The position numbers and the translations under genes are program-made. From positions 186,001-250,000 of the forward strand of contig MU004199.1 in assembly GCA_010093605.1 (NCBI GenBank): 64,000 nucleotides of DNA. The letters are read 5' to 3'. Numbering within the stretch: position 1 is the first letter of the stretch; the number at the start of each line of letters is the position of its first letter. The DNA is from Lophium mytilinum. Taxonomy: Eukaryota. The notes beneath the pieces were generated by a model. That model saw only the letters and a program-made list of their open reading frames with translations, was not told where the DNA came from and did no database searches. This document shows, piece after piece, positions 63,391-64,000 of the stretch.

Positions 63391-64000
63391 GTCATTGTTT
63401 GGGACCAGTGAGCCGAAGTTTGAGCCTTGGAGGTCTCGGCTTTATTTTTTTTAAATCTGCTCGATTATCTATGCCCTTCTGGGAGATAACCGGCTATTCG
63501 GTTGCTTCTTGGACGTATGGCTGAAATAATTCATGTTCTTGCCCTCACCCAATTTTCCGTATGGTCCCGAATTCTTGCTTCGCTCGCGAGGGTTTTGTTA
63601 CTGCTCTCACCCTCATGTGGCCTAGAGTCTCTTCAATTTTCCGCGCCACGTCAACAGATGAGTATACCACATCTACCACAACGAATCTCTCACCAAGCAC
63701 TCCCGCGACGCGTCCAGTTCATCCAGGGTAGTGCATCATACATCATTGTACAGTTCGCAGCCATGTGTGGCCTACTCCCGGAACTCGAAGATAAAGCCCG
63801 CCAACCTTCCTGACTCGGCAATCAGAACTAGACGCGAGGGGTGCAACCTATGAGCTAACTCAATCCAGCTAGTGAGTCACGGCACCAATGCTATAGGAAC
63901 GTGGAAGATATGAAGATAACTAGAAGAGCGGCGAACATACTAACAACGTGAATATCTCAGACTGCTAATGCATTACAAGAGCTCGAGCATTGCGACGTAT

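Overview
Intron-containing filamentous ascomycete DNA, probably a Dothideomycete (inferred from gene style and RIP signature). Conserved genes: AP-2 beta adaptin, EMC4, NOG1, TIM23, URA5, a UPF0187/bestrophin channel and a GH47 mannosidase. They are interleaved with accessory or decaying genes: a Zn-type dehydrogenase, a frameshifted Zn2Cys6 factor and MFS pump, P-loop GTPase and kinase pseudogenes, a HET protein, two paralogous small membrane proteins, an SDR, an arrestin-like relic, a secreted lysozyme-like+LysM protein, a chromo-like orphan and a C2H2 protein. A full-length RIP-destroyed Gypsy LTR retrotransposon spans 51346-60006. Four signals stand out. (1) A degenerate ~35-bp non-coding motif forms a 78-bp-period tandem array at 141-478 and recurs as inverted pairs at the borders of accessory genes (about 18.1-18.5, 24.0-24.2, 31.3 and 33.7-33.9 kb). 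(2) A U6 snRNA gene has TATA and oligo-T signals but an altered ACAGAGA box. (3) URA5 carries a 60-nt in-frame intron-like insertion. (4) RIP around the retroelement is strongly asymmetric. All calls were made by eye; no database search was run.
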